NCBI GenBank assembly: GCA_964247055.1
Contig: OZ176051.1
Coordinates: forward strand, 8,742,001 to 8,806,000
Direction of reading: 5' to 3'
Source: Paragordius varius
Lineage: Eukaryota; Animalia; Nematomorpha
DNA length: 64,000 bases
Made by a program: the position numbers and the translations under genes. Below, piece by piece: positions 13,468 to 27,300 of this stretch; the stretch's first letter is position 1; the number at the start of each line of letters is the position of its first letter. The notes under the pieces were generated by a model that was not told where the DNA came from, searched no databases, and worked only from the letters and a program-made list of their open reading frames with translations.

Positions 13468-14794
13468 TATACCATTTCCCAGTCTAAATAAACGTTTTCC
13501 CAGTCAATCTAAACGTTTTCCCAGTCAATCGAAACATTTTCCCAGTCAATCGAAACGTTTTCCCAGTCAATCGAAACACTTTCCCAGTCAATCGGAACAT
13601 TTTCCCAGTCAATAAAAACATTTTCCCAATCAATAAAAACGTTTTCCCAGTCAATAAAAACGGTTTTATTTTGATGATAAATATCAAAATAAGATATAAA
13701 ATAACTTTCAACCATTATCAGCGTAATATTAGGATATTATTTTTTATAAAAACACAATTATTGAATGACAATTTTTCCAAGTATATCCCAGTGCACAATC
13801 ATTAATGACTTATTCTTTAAAGGTTATATTTTTGGAATTTGAGATGTTTTTAAGATAATATTTTTTATTTTATCGATGGATTTTAAACATAAATTTTACC
13901 CTAATTTTATAATATTTAACATTTGGTTGGAAGCCTAAGGTTTCCTTCCGAGTATCTTTGTGCGGGCCGCAAAAAATTTGGAAAACCATATGCAAAAATA
14001 TACCCACAAAATCTTAGTAATATTCATATTTCTTACGCAATTATTATGAATAAATCTATTAAATTGGTAATAAATTAAAAAAATTGTTATATTGGGTTTG
14101 TATTTTACAGGCTTATTAATCGAAAAATTATGTGAATGCCCGTATATATTTTTGGGGAACCGTGTGCTTTTTGAGTTAAAAATGCGGCCCGCGAAGGCAT
14201 TTAGTTACACCCTTGTTTTAGTCAAGTATCTTTTTTATTAAATATTTATAAATCAACAACATTTTTATCAAAAAATATTATCGTTTAGATATTTTTTCCG
14301 ACAGTATTTTTATAGACAAACCGGACATATTTAAAAATTATTTGAAGCGCGCAAATATTAATGCGCACCATCGATAAAACAAAAAATATTATCTTAACTC
14401 AAATTCCAAAAATATAGCATTTAAAGAATAAGTCTTAATGATTGTGCACTGGAATATACTTGGAAAAATTGTCATTCAATAATTGTGTTTTTTTATTTAA
14501 AATTATCACCATATATTACGCTAATAATGGTTAAAAGTTTTTATATTCTTGTTTTGATATTTATCATCAAAAATAAAACCGTTTTTATTGACTGGGAAAA
14601 CGTTTTTATTGATTGGGAAAATGTTTTATTGACTGGGAAAATGTTTCGATTGACTGGGCAAACGTTTCGATTGACTGGGAAAATGTTTCGATTGAATGGG
14701 AAAACGTTTCGATTGACTAGGAAAACGTTTCGATTGATTGGGAAAATGTTTCGATTGACTGGGAAAACGTTTATTTAGACTGGGAAATGGTATA
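13468..14794. mobile_element. Foldback-type non-autonomous DNA element, copy A
   Basis: ~410-430 bp TIRs starting TATACCATTTCCCAGTCTAAATAAACG and ending CGTTTATTTAGACTGGGAAATGGTATA; subterminal array of a 21-bp unit GAAACGTTTTCCCAGTCAATC; ~490 bp non-coding core. Confidence 0.85.
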
Positions 14795-14982
14795 ACGCAT
14801 AAAACGAGATTGAAACGGCTTTAATAATTAACCATAAAAGTTTATACCTATGTTTATATTAGGTTAAGGTCTTTAGCCCATTTCGGGCAAAAATTAAACA
14901 AATTATGGCATTATTAATAAAAGATAACATTTTTGAGATTACCTTCTAATATTTTTTAACGTATTGAATGCTTGATGTTAAG

Positions 14983-16248
14983 TATAATTTCCCAGTTTAA
15001 ATAAACGTTTTCCCAATCATTCGAAACGTTTTCCCAGTCAATCGAAACATTTTCCCAGTCAATCGAAACATTTTCCCAGTCAATAAAAACATTTTTCCAG
15101 TCAATAAAAACGGTTTTATTTTTGATGATAAATATCAAAACAAGAATATAAAAATAACTTTTAACTATTATTAGCGTAATATATGGTGATAATTTTTAAT
15201 AAAAAAACACAATTATTGAATGACAATTTTTCCAAGTATATTCCAGTGCACAATCATTAAGACTTATTCTTTAAAGGTTATATTTTTGGAATTTGAGATG
15301 TTTTTAAGATAATATTTTTTATTTTATCGATGGATTTTAAACATAAATTTTACCCTAATTTTATAATATTTAACATTTGGTTGGAAGCCTAAGGCGGCCT
15401 TCCGAGTATCTTTGTGCGGGCCGCAAAAAATTTGGAAAACCATATGCAAAAATATACCCACAAAATCTTAGTAATATTCATATTTCTTACGCAATTATTA
15501 TGAATAAATCTATTAAATTGGTAATAAATTAAAAAAATTGTTATATTGGGTTTGTATTTTACAGGCTTATTAATCGAAAAATTATGTGAATGCCCGTATA
15601 TATTTTTGGGGAACCGTGTGCTTTTTGAGTTAAAAATGCGGCCCGCGAAGGCATTTAGTTACACCCTTGTTTTAGTCAAGTATCTTTTTTATTAAATATT
15701 TATAAATCAAAAACATTTTTATCAAAAAATATTATCGTTTAGATATTTTTTCCGACAGTATTTTTATAGACAAACCGGACATATTTAAAAATTATTTGAA
15801 GCGCGCAAATATTAATGCGCACCATCGATAAAACAAAAAATATTATCTTAACTCAAATTCCAAAAATATAGCATTTAAAGAATAAGTCTTAATGATTGTG
15901 CACTGGAATATACTTGGAAAAATTGTCATTCAATAATTGTGTTTTTTTATTTAAAATTATCACCATATATTACGCTAATAATGGTTAAAAGTTTTTATAT
16001 TCTTGTTTTGATATTTATCATCAAAAATAAAACCGTTTTTATTGACTGGGAAAACGTTTTTATTGATTGGGAAAATGTTTTATTGACTGGGAAAATGTTT
16101 CGATTGACTGGGCAAACGTTTCGATTGACTGGGAAAATGTTTCGATTGAATGGGAAAACGTTTCGATTGACTAGGAAAACGTTTCGATTGATTGGGAAAA
16201 TGTTTCGATTGACTGGGAAAACGTTTATTTAGACTGGGAAATGGTATA
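14983..16248. mobile_element. Foldback element copy B (part of a 1454-bp tandem duplication)
   Basis: Same architecture with a degenerate left end (TATAATTTCCCAG). Identical ORFs at 14485/15939 and near-identical ORFs at 14956/16410 give a 1454-bp period. Confidence 0.85.
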
Positions 16249-16436
16249 ACGCATAAAACGAGATTGAAACGGCTTTAATAATTAACCATAAAAGTTTATA
16301 CCTATGTTTATATTGGGTTAAGGTCTTTAGCCCATTTCGGGCAAAAATTAAACAAATTATGGCATTATTAATAAAAGATAACATTTTTGAGATTACCTTC
16401 TAATATTTTTTAACGTATTGAATGCTTGATGTTAAG

Positions 16437-17101
16437 TATAATTTCCCAGTTTAAATAAACGTTTTCCCAATCATTCGAAACGTTTTCCCAGTCAATCGAA
16501 ACATTTTCCCAGTCAATCGAAACATTTTCCCAGTCAATAAAAACATTTTCCCAGTCAATAAAAACGGTTTTATTTTTGATGATAAATATCAAAACAAGAA
16601 TATAAAAATAACTTTTAACTATTATTAGCGTAATATTAGGATATTATTTTTTATAAAAACACAATTATTGAATGACAATTTTTCCAAGTATATACCAGTG
16701 CAGAATCATTAATGACTTATTTTTTAAATGTTATATTTTTGGAATTTGAGTTTAGATAATATTTTTTATTTTATCGATGGTTATCATTAATATATGCGGC
16801 TAACCTAAAAAATCTATAGTTACGGAGGATTAATAAAATTTACAAAAATATACCATTTATATCACAAAGGTCATTTAACACTTTATATTGGATCTTAAAC
16901 ATAAATCTTACGCTAATTTAATAATATTTAACATTTGGTTGGGGGCCTAAAGCGGCCTTCCGAGTATCTTTGTGCGGGCCACAAAAAATTGGAAAAACAT
17001 ATGCAAAAATATGCTCACAAAATCTTAGTAATATTCGTATTTCTTACGCATTATTATGAATGAATCTATTAAATTGGTAATAATTAAAAAAAATTGTTAT
17101 A
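16437..17101. mobile_element. Foldback element copy C, truncated at copy D
   Basis: Left arm plus the start of the core, matching A/B up to AAAATTGTTATATA, where copy D begins. Confidence 0.75.
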
Positions 17102-18489
17102 TATACCATTTCCCAGTCTAAATAAACGTTTTCCCAGTCAATCGAAACATTTTCCCAGTCAATCGAAACGTTTTCCCAGTCAATGGAAACATTTTCCCAG
17201 TAAATCGAAACGTTTTCCCAATCAATCGAAACGTTTTCCCAATCAATCGAAACATTTTCCCACTCAATAAAAACATTTCCCAATCAATAAAAACGTTTTC
17301 CCAATCAATAAAAACGGTTTTATTTTTGATGGTAAATATTAAAACAAGATATAATAATAACTTTTAACCATTATTAGCGTAATATTAGGATATTATTTTT
17401 TTATAAAAACACAATTATTGAATGACAATTTACCAAGTATAATCCAGTGCACCATTAATGACTTAATCTTTAAAAATTATAATTTTGGAATTTGAGATGT
17501 TTTTAAGATAATATTTTTTATTTTATCGATGGTTCGCATTAATATTTGCCGAACGCTTGTCAGGTTTTTCCATAAAAATACTGTCGGAAAAAATATCTAA
17601 TTTTAAAAATATTTGATAAGATATTTGACTACTAGAGGGGTGTCCTACCAAAAGACTTCGCGGGCCGCATTACTCAAAAAGCACGGTGTTCCGCATTTGA
17701 TATATTTCATAAATAATTTTTCGATTAGATATAAGACTGCAAAATACAAAAATTTAACAATTTTTTTTAATTTGATACCAATTTAATAGACTCATTCAGA
17801 GTAATTGCGTAAGGAATATGAATATTACTAAGATTTTGTGGGCATATTTTTGCACATGGATCTCTATATTTTTAGTGGGCCGCACAAAGATACTCGGCAA
17901 TCCGCGTTGGGCACCCGGTGAACCAAATGATAAATATTATAAAATTAGGGTAAAATTTATTTTTAAGATCAATATGAAGTGTTAAATGACCTTTGAGATA
18001 AAAATGGTATATTATTTTTATTTTTAATATTTCATCCGTAACTATAGATTTTGTAAGTGCCGCAAATAATGCGAACCATCAATAAAATAAAAAATATAAT
18101 CTTAAAAACATCTCAAATTCCAAAAATATAATTTTTAAAGAATAAGTCATTAATGATTGTGCACTGGTATATACTTGGAAAAATTGTCATTCAATAATTC
18201 TGTTTTTATAAAAAATTATCACCATATATTACGCTAATAATGGTTAAAAGTTATTTTTATATTCTTGTTTTGATATTTATCATCAAAAATAAAACCGTTT
18301 TTATTGACTGGGAAAACGTTTTTATTGACTGGGAAAATGTTTCGATTGACTGGGAAAATGTTTCGATTGACTGGGAAAATGTTTCGATTGACTGGGAAAG
18401 TGTTTCAATTGACTGGAAATGGTTTCGATTGATTGGGAAAACGTTTCGATTGACTGGGAAAACGTTTATTTAGACTGGGAAATGGTATA
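17102..18489. mobile_element. Foldback element copy D (core in opposite orientation to A-C)
   Basis: TATACCATTTCCCAG...CTGGGAAATGGTATA ends, 21-bp arrays, core is the reverse complement of the A core. Confidence 0.85.
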
Positions 18490-18788
18490 TTATGATGAAT
18501 ATTCAATAAAGATAAAACTTACTGAGTATTATCGAAATTCAATAATACCTAATATATTTATAATTTCCGACTTAAGCATTCTATGCAATTATCTAAAATG
18601 GCTCATTCAAAATTTGCATCATTAAATGTTAGTTCAATAGTTTATTGTGGAGTAATATAGTATGTATATTACAAAAATATGAGGAAAGCAAATAAAGAAA
18701 AATTTATCAATAATTTTATTTTTACATTTTTAATTATATTTAATGTAGGACTATATGTTAAAGTCTTCTATAAGAAACCAATAGAGAT

Positions 18789-21700
18789 CAGGGGTCGGCA
18801 ACCTAGGACTCGCGAGCCAAAATTTTCACGACGTGTGTTTTTTACATGGCTAGCCAGGGCATTTAGGAAAAATTAAAAATTAAATTTAAATTTAACCGTA
18901 AGCGGGCCGAAACGCGGCTTGTAAACAATGACTACTCTTTTGGTTGAATCATTTGATAAGGAATTTTTTGTATGAAATACATACAATATAACGTTGTTAT
19001 CTAATTTTCAGAAATTGCACGCGCGCGCGTTCGCCCATCTGACGCAACTTCAAAAACTAAAAATTCTTAATTAGTTTTATATCAAAATTGTTATTTATAC
19101 CAATTATTATAATTATCTATTGTTCTCTATTTATTTTCAAAATTTATTCTATCTATCAGTTTTTCTCATTCATTCAAAAAATGCGCGAAATTACCTTTAT
19201 AATATTTTTCATATATTTTATCTATTTATCGTTTTATTTGAATTATTTACATATTCCGAATTAAAATTCTTATTCCTCAGTTGTAAAGATGCGTATTTTA
19301 TTTCATTTTTATTTATTGATATATATTTATATATGTTTTTTTTATTATTATTATTTTTCGGTTAAAATTTTTGATTCTTTTTTAGTTGCATTTACATATT
19401 AGTTACTATATATTTTAGTGTTTATTTTCATCTATATTATTCTTCTAATTTATTGTATTTTTGTGTTTTGTTTTATGAGTGTTTTTTGTAAGATGTGCAG
19501 GCCAGCGGCCAGTCATTGCACGGAGGTAGGGGCCAATAGGGATAAGGAAGGTTGTAGAATGTGTTTTGCCAGTATAAATGTTGGTTCGTTAAAAAGTAAG
19601 TTATATGATTTAGTTGAAACTATGAGGGTAAAAAAAGTAAATTTTGTGCATTCAGGAGACCAGATACCGTGGAAATGGTACTAAGACGTTAGAAGGTAAT
19701 TATAAAATGTTTTATTCAGGTTCTACGGATGGTTACAGTGGGGTCGCCATAATAGTGTGTCCAAGATTTGCCAATCAAGCAATTGAGGTTAGACGTGCTG
19801 ACAGTAGAATTATAAGTGTCGACCTATTGTTAAATAGGAGGGTTTTTACTATCTTTAGCGTTTATGCCCCCCAGATAGGGTTAACTAAACCGGAGAAAGA
19901 TAAATTTTATAAGTTGTTAGACGCAGAAATGACTTTATTAACGAAAGACAGAGAAATTATATTTTGTGGTGATTTTAATGGGCACGTGGGACAAAATAGG
20001 AGAGGATTTGAGCCTTGGCACGGCGGAAAAGGTTACGGGGTTATAAATGAGAAGGGGCTAGTTTATTAAGATTTGCCCAATCTTATAACTTTGCTATAAC
20101 AAATACTTTTTTTACTAAAAGGGATAGCCACTTAATTACCTACGAAAGTGGAAATAAGAAGTCACAAATCGATTATATTCTAGTACCACGAAAGTCTTTA
20201 AAGTTTGTTTTGCACTGCAAAGTGATACCTAATCTGCAGATTAGCACACAACACAATTTAATTATGTGTAAATATATGACAGATATACCAATAAATGCCA
20301 AAAAGCCTAAGCTTATAGCCCCGAAGGTAATTAAATGGGATTCCCTAATAAACAGTAAAGAAAGATTTGTAGAAACGGTAGGCATACTAAACAGGAACAA
20401 GAATCCTGAAAGTGTTTGATCTCAGGTGGCAAACAAATAAGAGAGGCGGGAGTTAAGATGTGCGGAATGAAAGGTGGTAGAAATCAGGTTTATAGAGAGG
20501 CATGGCTGAAGACGAAAAAATAATTCTGACGAGAGAAAAGAAAAGCTTTTAAAATGTGGAGGTTTACCCACCAAGCAGAAGACAAGGAAAAATATAAAAG
20601 GATTAATAGGAACTTAAAAGGCTTGTAAGATTGGTCAAAAAAGAAAAGACGGCATCATTATATGAAGAGTTAAACAGTAGGCAAGGTTTAAACAAAGTTT
20701 ATAAAATTGCTCGACAAAGACACAGAAGAAAGCTGGACTTGCCCCCTTACGCGACAGCTATTAAAGATAAAAACGGCAAATTACTCGTTGAGGAAGCGAA
20801 AATATTGAAAAAGTGGAAAAAATATTTCCAGGACCTTGAATTGGGCGTCAGTGAAACAAGTTTACCCGAAACACCAGATTATATATATGCGCATATTGAA
20901 AGTATAACAAAAGAAGAAGTCCAGGCTGGTTTAGAAGAGATGTCAATAAATAAGGCTGCAGATCCAGACGATATCAACATAAACTGTTGGAAAATAATGT
21001 CAGAGAAAGGTATTGAATTTTTGAGGGATATTTTTAATAATGTAGTTACTACAGGCATGATACCAACCGAATGAAAGGAGAGTTTCACTGTTCCCATTTT
21101 CAAGGGTAAAGGAGATATTAATTGTAATAATTACAGAGGGATAAGATTGATGTCGCATACAATGAAGTTATTTGAGAAAGTACTAGAGAAAAGAATAAGA
21201 AAAATGGTTTTTATAGAGGGTAATCAATTTGGTTTTATTCCAGGAAAATCCACCATTGATCCGATTCACGCAGTAAGAAGGCTAATCGAGAAGCATATAG
21301 AAATGAAAAAGGAGTTGCATGGTATTTGTATTGATATTAAAAAGGCATTTTACAGAATACCTCGGAACACAATATGGTGGAGCTTAAGACGGAAAAAGGT
21401 CCCTGAAAGTTACATAAAGATTCTAAAAAGCATGTACGAATCACACCAAACCAAAATTAAAACACACCAGGGAATACAGGTCCTATTAAAATAAACGAAG
21501 GGGTCTATCAGAGGTCTGCAATCAGCCCGTTACTATTTATAATATGCATAGACGAAATTTCAAAAGAAGTGGGGCAATATGGTGGCTGGTATTTTCTTTA
21601 TGCAGACGACCTAATAGTGCTGTCCGACGAGTTGCATCAATTAAAAGAATTGGTAAATGGATTGATGTGTTACGACGATGCGGATTAAAAGTTAATAAAA

Positions 21701-23278
21701 TGAAAACGGAACTGATAAATTTTGGCGGGAAAAAACGAGAAATAGAATTAGAAGAAGGGTAGGTTTTAAAAGGTCAGGAGGAATGCAAATATTTAGGAGC
21801 GATATTAGCAGCAGATGGTTCTTTAACACTTGATATTAATTTAAGAATTCGAAATAGTTGGGCAAATTATAAAAAGATCTCAAATGTTTTGTGTGACAAA
21901 AACATTAACCTAAAAGTTAAGGGTAAGATTTACAGTGCTGTTGTACAACCAACAATGATGTACAACTCACAGACATGGGCAATAAAGAAATCAGAAGAGA
22001 GGCACTTTGAGGTTACTGAAATGAGAATGCCTAGATTGATGTGCGATGTAACGAGGAAAGACAAGGTGAAAAATATCTACATAAAAGGAAGTACGAAATC
22101 AAACCGGTAACGCAAAGATGATGGTAAATCGTTTAAGATGGTTCGGACATGTTGAAAGAAGAGATAATAATCACATTGTTAAAAAGATTGATGATTATAT
22201 TGTGAAAGGCAAGAGGGGAAAAGGGCGCCCTAAAACGCAATGGATAGATACAGTTAAGAGGGACATGGCAAAACTGAACCTAAAACGCGAAGACGCCTTA
22301 GACAGGGTTCTATGGCGAAATAGTTTACGGATATGACCACTCGAAAGAGTGATATCATATAATGTAATTATTATATAATTTTCAGAAGTAAGATGACTTA
22401 CCCGCTGAAAATTCCGAAAATATTTTTTGAATTGATAAATTAAAACTAATGTTTTTGGCTGAAAAAGATAATTATAACCCAGAAATAAATTTTGGAAGGC
22501 TCTGCGATTTAGCTTTTATGGTTGATATCACGGCTTATTCAAATAACAAACATAACATTGCAAGGAAAAGAAAAGATCAACGATTCATTGGAGATATAAA
22601 AAGTTTCCAGCTAAATTAAATTATTTATTTTGCAACTCAAAAAGAATAATTATTCTCATTTGTCCACATTGCAATCGTTTATGACTAAAACGGTTAAACA
22701 ATGTCCCTCGCATAATATTATAAAAAATTAATTTGGATAAAAATTGTCATCGGTTTCAAAATTTTTATGCACACGAAAAAGATATATTAATTTTTGAAAA
22801 TTCTTTTAATTTTAATATTGTATAAGCATCAGAAAATTTACAACAGAGTTTGCCAGTTAAAAATGCATATAAACATAATTTTGAATAAAATAATTTGGTT
22901 GCATTTTATTCAAATCTACCAGAAAATAAATTTACCAATATAAAAAATTTTGCGAAATGATTTGCACAAGCACCTATTTATACGAACAAGCGTTTTCAAG
23001 AATTAATTTCTTACAATCAAATTGAACAAGGTTGATGGATGAAAGTTTCCAAAACTTGTTGAGAATATCAGTATCGAAATCACAACCAGATTTAAATGAA
23101 TTATCAAAGAATATTAAAGAACAGAAAGCACATATAGCATGTAATGTTAAGAATTTTTCCATTTTATTAATATACTATATTGACATAGAGTAAGTACTAT
23201 TTTAGTTATATTTTCAAGCATAAGGCTCGCCTAAATTTTTTTTTTAAACGACTACTCTAAAAATATTTCCGTCCCCTT
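18789..23278 (+). mobile_element. SPIN/GTF2IRD2-type hAT relic interrupted by an RTE LINE
   Basis: Left TIR CAGGGGTCGGCAACC; degenerate right end TTTCCGTCCCCTT. Decayed C-terminal transposase at ~22600-23130 (FYSNLPENKFTNIK...STYLYEQAFS...RLMDESFQNLLRIS). TSD only a partial match. Confidence 0.7.
19014..22375 (+). mobile_element. Full-length but inactivated RTE-clade LINE (APE endonuclease + reverse transcriptase)
   Basis: 12-bp TSD TAATTTTCAGAA (19002-19013 and 22376-22387). APE motifs CIQETR, GDFNGHVG; RT motifs YRGIRLMSHTMKLFEK, NQFGFIPGKST, YADD; C-terminal RLRWFGHVERR; 3' hairpin CACTC-GAAA-GAGTG and AT-rich tail. Several stops and frameshifts. Confidence 0.95.
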
Positions 23279-23408
23279 ATCTATATTATCGCCCTTTATA
23301 TATGTATATACAGTCATGTATCCTTTTATCAAAAATTTATTTTTTTTGTTAAATGAGGATTGCTCTCATGACACGTTGCATGAAACTACACATAATAAAT
23401 AACTATTG

Positions 23409-24308
23409 TTACTTTTTAGCGTTTATAATATATTTTGGTTTATTAATCCGTTTGTCGAATGAACAAATTCTTGCTATTTTTATCATTTTTGATGACAACC
23501 TATACGATCGAATCAATCTAGCCCCATTCATCACGGCTTTTAATACCCCAATCTTATAATTATTTGGAAAATTTTGCGAAACATAAGCATTGGTTGTTAA
23601 TCTTTTTGTAGCAACTTGCAATTTTTTTATCCAAATATTTTCTTGAAATATTGGTTTGTGATTAAAACTAATTAATAATAAAAAATTTAAACCGAAAAAA
23701 GCTCTGCGAAAAACTTTAATTTTACACGGGATGGGCCAGAACAGGAGCTAATTATGAAAGTGGCAATACTTTTTTTATAAATATATAGATTAATAAAATT
23801 AACATAGTTGATGATATATTTTATTTATTGTAAATCATATAGAATGGTGCTCAAATAATTCGTTAAATTCAATAGACATTGATAATTAATGTAATTTAAA
23901 TTTTTAAACCAAATATAAAGTATAATAATGAAAAATATGGAATAATATGCAAAATATTAAAGTTGAAAAACAGATAATTTAATAAAGAATAGTTATTGAT
24001 TCCAATTTATTTTAAGCTTATCACATTCAATATTTGATTGAATGAAATTTTTATTTTATTGCCAATTTGCTGTTTTTCTTTTTTACAATACTCTGGTCTG
24101 CAAAGAAAGATGTCAGTCGATTTATTTCTATATACCGTCACTTGAGCTGTTTCTTGATATGGCAAAAGATATGGTACTATTTGCTCCCATGTGCCCTTTC
24201 TATTGTTCCAAGTAATATCTGTAAATACAAACAAAGTAGTAATTATAAAAATGTATTTATTCATAGTAAATGTAATATGACAAGTTTCATTGTGTTATAA
24301 AAAGTTTG

Positions 24309-24351
<43 letters not shown>

Positions 24352-27300
24352 TTTGAGTTTTATTCTTGCAAATAACAGGTTGCAAAGTTATTTCATGAAG
24401 AGTTTGACCTTTTTTCAGATATATGGTTCTGTATTTGGCCCAAACATCATTCGGTGCTCTCAAAACCAATTTATTATCGCGCATATGAGTTTGAATGTCA
24501 TCAGCAAATTCATACAACGGGTTTAAAATTTCTGTTTTGTCTTTGGCCCAACCCAGGGTGGAGAAACTTATGGAATTTTCACATTCATAGTATTTTCTCG
24601 TACTTTTACCTAAAAGTCAATGATGTAAAAATATAAATAAAAAAAGGTTTAATTTAAAGGGTAATATATACATACCATTTACAATTCAGACCCTAAAAAT
24701 AAATTATGTGTTTTCCGAACTAATATATCTCATTATTAATATGAAATATATCTTAATGGCTTAGTTTATTATTTTTTAGAACAAACAAAATATAATTTTT
24801 TAAAAATTATAAAAAATATAGGTAACTTTTAATCTTATAAACAATATATAATATTTTAGGGTGGATTTGATTGTTCGAGGGTTAATTTATATTGTTCAAG
24901 GGTGAATTTAAAGTGTAAATAGTAATGTGAGTACATCATATAACCTATTATTTTGGCTTGTCCAGGAACTTGCTTATCTGGTTGGGAGACAATCAATACT
25001 AATAAACAATTATTAATATTTTTTTAATAAAAAATAAAGGTTTTGAATATTCAAGTATAAACCAAATATAACAATGTATAATAGAGTGAAATAAATTATA
25101 TAAAACTTTAAAATATATTATACAATTCTTTTTTAAATTTGGTGGAGGAAATAAAAAAAGGTTGGGAACCACGGACCCATTTAACACTCCATGATCTTTT
25201 AGGATATTTTCATATCCTAGAGCGATTCGAAATTTGATCTTAAAAATTATTTAATTAGCTCGAAAAAATCTCCTTTCTTTAGCCTTTTCATCGTATTATG
25301 CAAAAAAAATTAAAATTTGTAAAAAAATGATCATTTCAAATTTTTCACTGCCATTTTTTCCATAAATTTTTAAAATTCCTAATGCAACAGGCAAATAATT
25401 GTATTTTATGGCTCAAAAAGGTAGATAATTAACGTTAAAAGGCTTTTAAGCTACATTTTACCAGCAAAAATCTTATATTCGACTTTTATATCAACTGTTC
25501 GTTTTAATAGTGTTTTGGACTGCCCAAGTTTAGATTCCATAAGTCATATAACTGTAAAAATATATATTTATATCTAACACATCAGAATAATGATAAATTT
25601 TATAAAACAACTTTTATAACAGTAGTTTATTTATAAAATTGAGCTATGAGATACAAACGTACTGAAAAAGTTTAATTATAATTATATGGCCGAATATATA
25701 TTTCCAATCCAAATAACCTTACCACTTTAATAATTTGAGATGCTATCCGATCTTAAATCTAATCTTGCCCAATCTGACTATACTTATATATGAAAAAAAA
25801 TTCCATGCGCTGTTGAGCCGATATCGGGATAAATAAGAGACAAATTATGTTCAAACAAACATCATGTAACATGAATGGTTCAGTCGGTTGTACGATACAA
25901 AAAATCAAGAAATTATTTTGGTGTGAACCGCTACTAATGGAGTACATAAATTTTCATAAAAAAATTTAATCTGGTGGCGACATTTTCAATTAAACCGGTC
26001 ATATTTACATATATATATTTAATTATTTGAATACGATTGATGACCATGTTAAACAAACTTTTAAATTATTACATTCACTGACAATATAAATATTTTCTAA
26101 AAAACACGATTGCTGGAATTCATGGAAAACCAGAGATAAGTTTAACTATTAAATAAAAACCAAAATATTTACATAAGCTGTAGTCATAAGTCCTTACGGT
26201 TTGACTAAGAGAACACATTAGCGAAAAGTAAGCAAGCGATTAATTTAACTCAGGTGTTATTTTGTGCATATGATATTATACAATATTGAGTCTGCCAAAT
26301 ATTACTATCTTATTTTTATTATTTAATTATATCGAAAATAGTGAAGCAGTTGGGCCACTGATTACTTTTTTCATTCATCGGAGGATAGAGATTGTTATTA
26401 TGGGGATAACTTCTGTCGATTAAAGCATTTAAAAGGTTTTTAAATTTTCGATTCGAAAGAAGGTTAGAGCTGGTAGACCACACTGCGAAAGTGACAAACT
26501 GTTGAGGTTATGGATTAATGACCTGCTCAAACTTAACGGCAATTGGCAGAAGCATTACAGATATGACTAAAACAATCAGTACACTTTTACAAAAAATGGG
26601 TAATACCAATAAACTCAGTAAATGGGTAACTCCCAATATGAATGGATATCTAATGTTATGAGGGAAAATAATATTAATTAATTTGGGAAGTTTAGTATTG
26701 TTAATTTCTTTATTTTGCAAATCTAAAGCGTATAAAAATAATGTCTTTTAGCTTGCCAAGCCGATCCATTGACATCAAAGCCAAATCGCTTAAGCAAGAA
26801 GACTTATGGCACAAAGCAATAATGCATATAATTAAATTTTAGGCGCGCCGTTAATACCTAATGTTATCGCCAACAAATAACCAATTAAAATTATGCATCA
26901 ATCGAATAATGACTAAAAAGGGCCAGACATGGTAAAGTGATCTTGTTACATGCACGTTTGACGAAGCAAAACCAGTGAAAGACACTCAAAAATCGCTTCG
27001 ATGGGAGATTCTTAGGCCACCCCGTATTCTTTCGACCTGAAGCCAATTAACTATTACCTAATGTGGCATACACTCGCAGAGCAGCACTATAATTTTCATT
27101 GGAAAATGGCTTGATGAACCACAAAAGACAATTTGTTATTCGGCATGTCATTCATATATAATTTAAAATATGGGCGAAATATGTATAGAGTGTATACCTC
27201 TGGTAACTTTTACTACTATATTTTCTTAAAAATTATTAAATTTAAATATTTAAAGATCAAGAAGATCCATTTTATAATAAATACGATATGTAAAATTTAA

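Noticed and set aside
13480-14790. 21-bp arrays as a CRISPR array
   Set aside because: Units are contiguous with no unique spacers, occur as inverted pairs at element ends, and there are no cas genes; the DNA is eukaryotic.
13484-18625. ORFs with (IDWENVS)n or (RLTGKTF)n repeats, also 39220-39447
   Set aside because: The 21-bp (7-codon) TIR arrays keep frames open on both strands; there is no coding context.
26508-26720. Minus-strand hydrophobic ORF as an extra exon or TM segment of the Ig-like gene
   Set aside because: It is the antisense of the mariner transposase relic; the phase-matching frame hits a stop.
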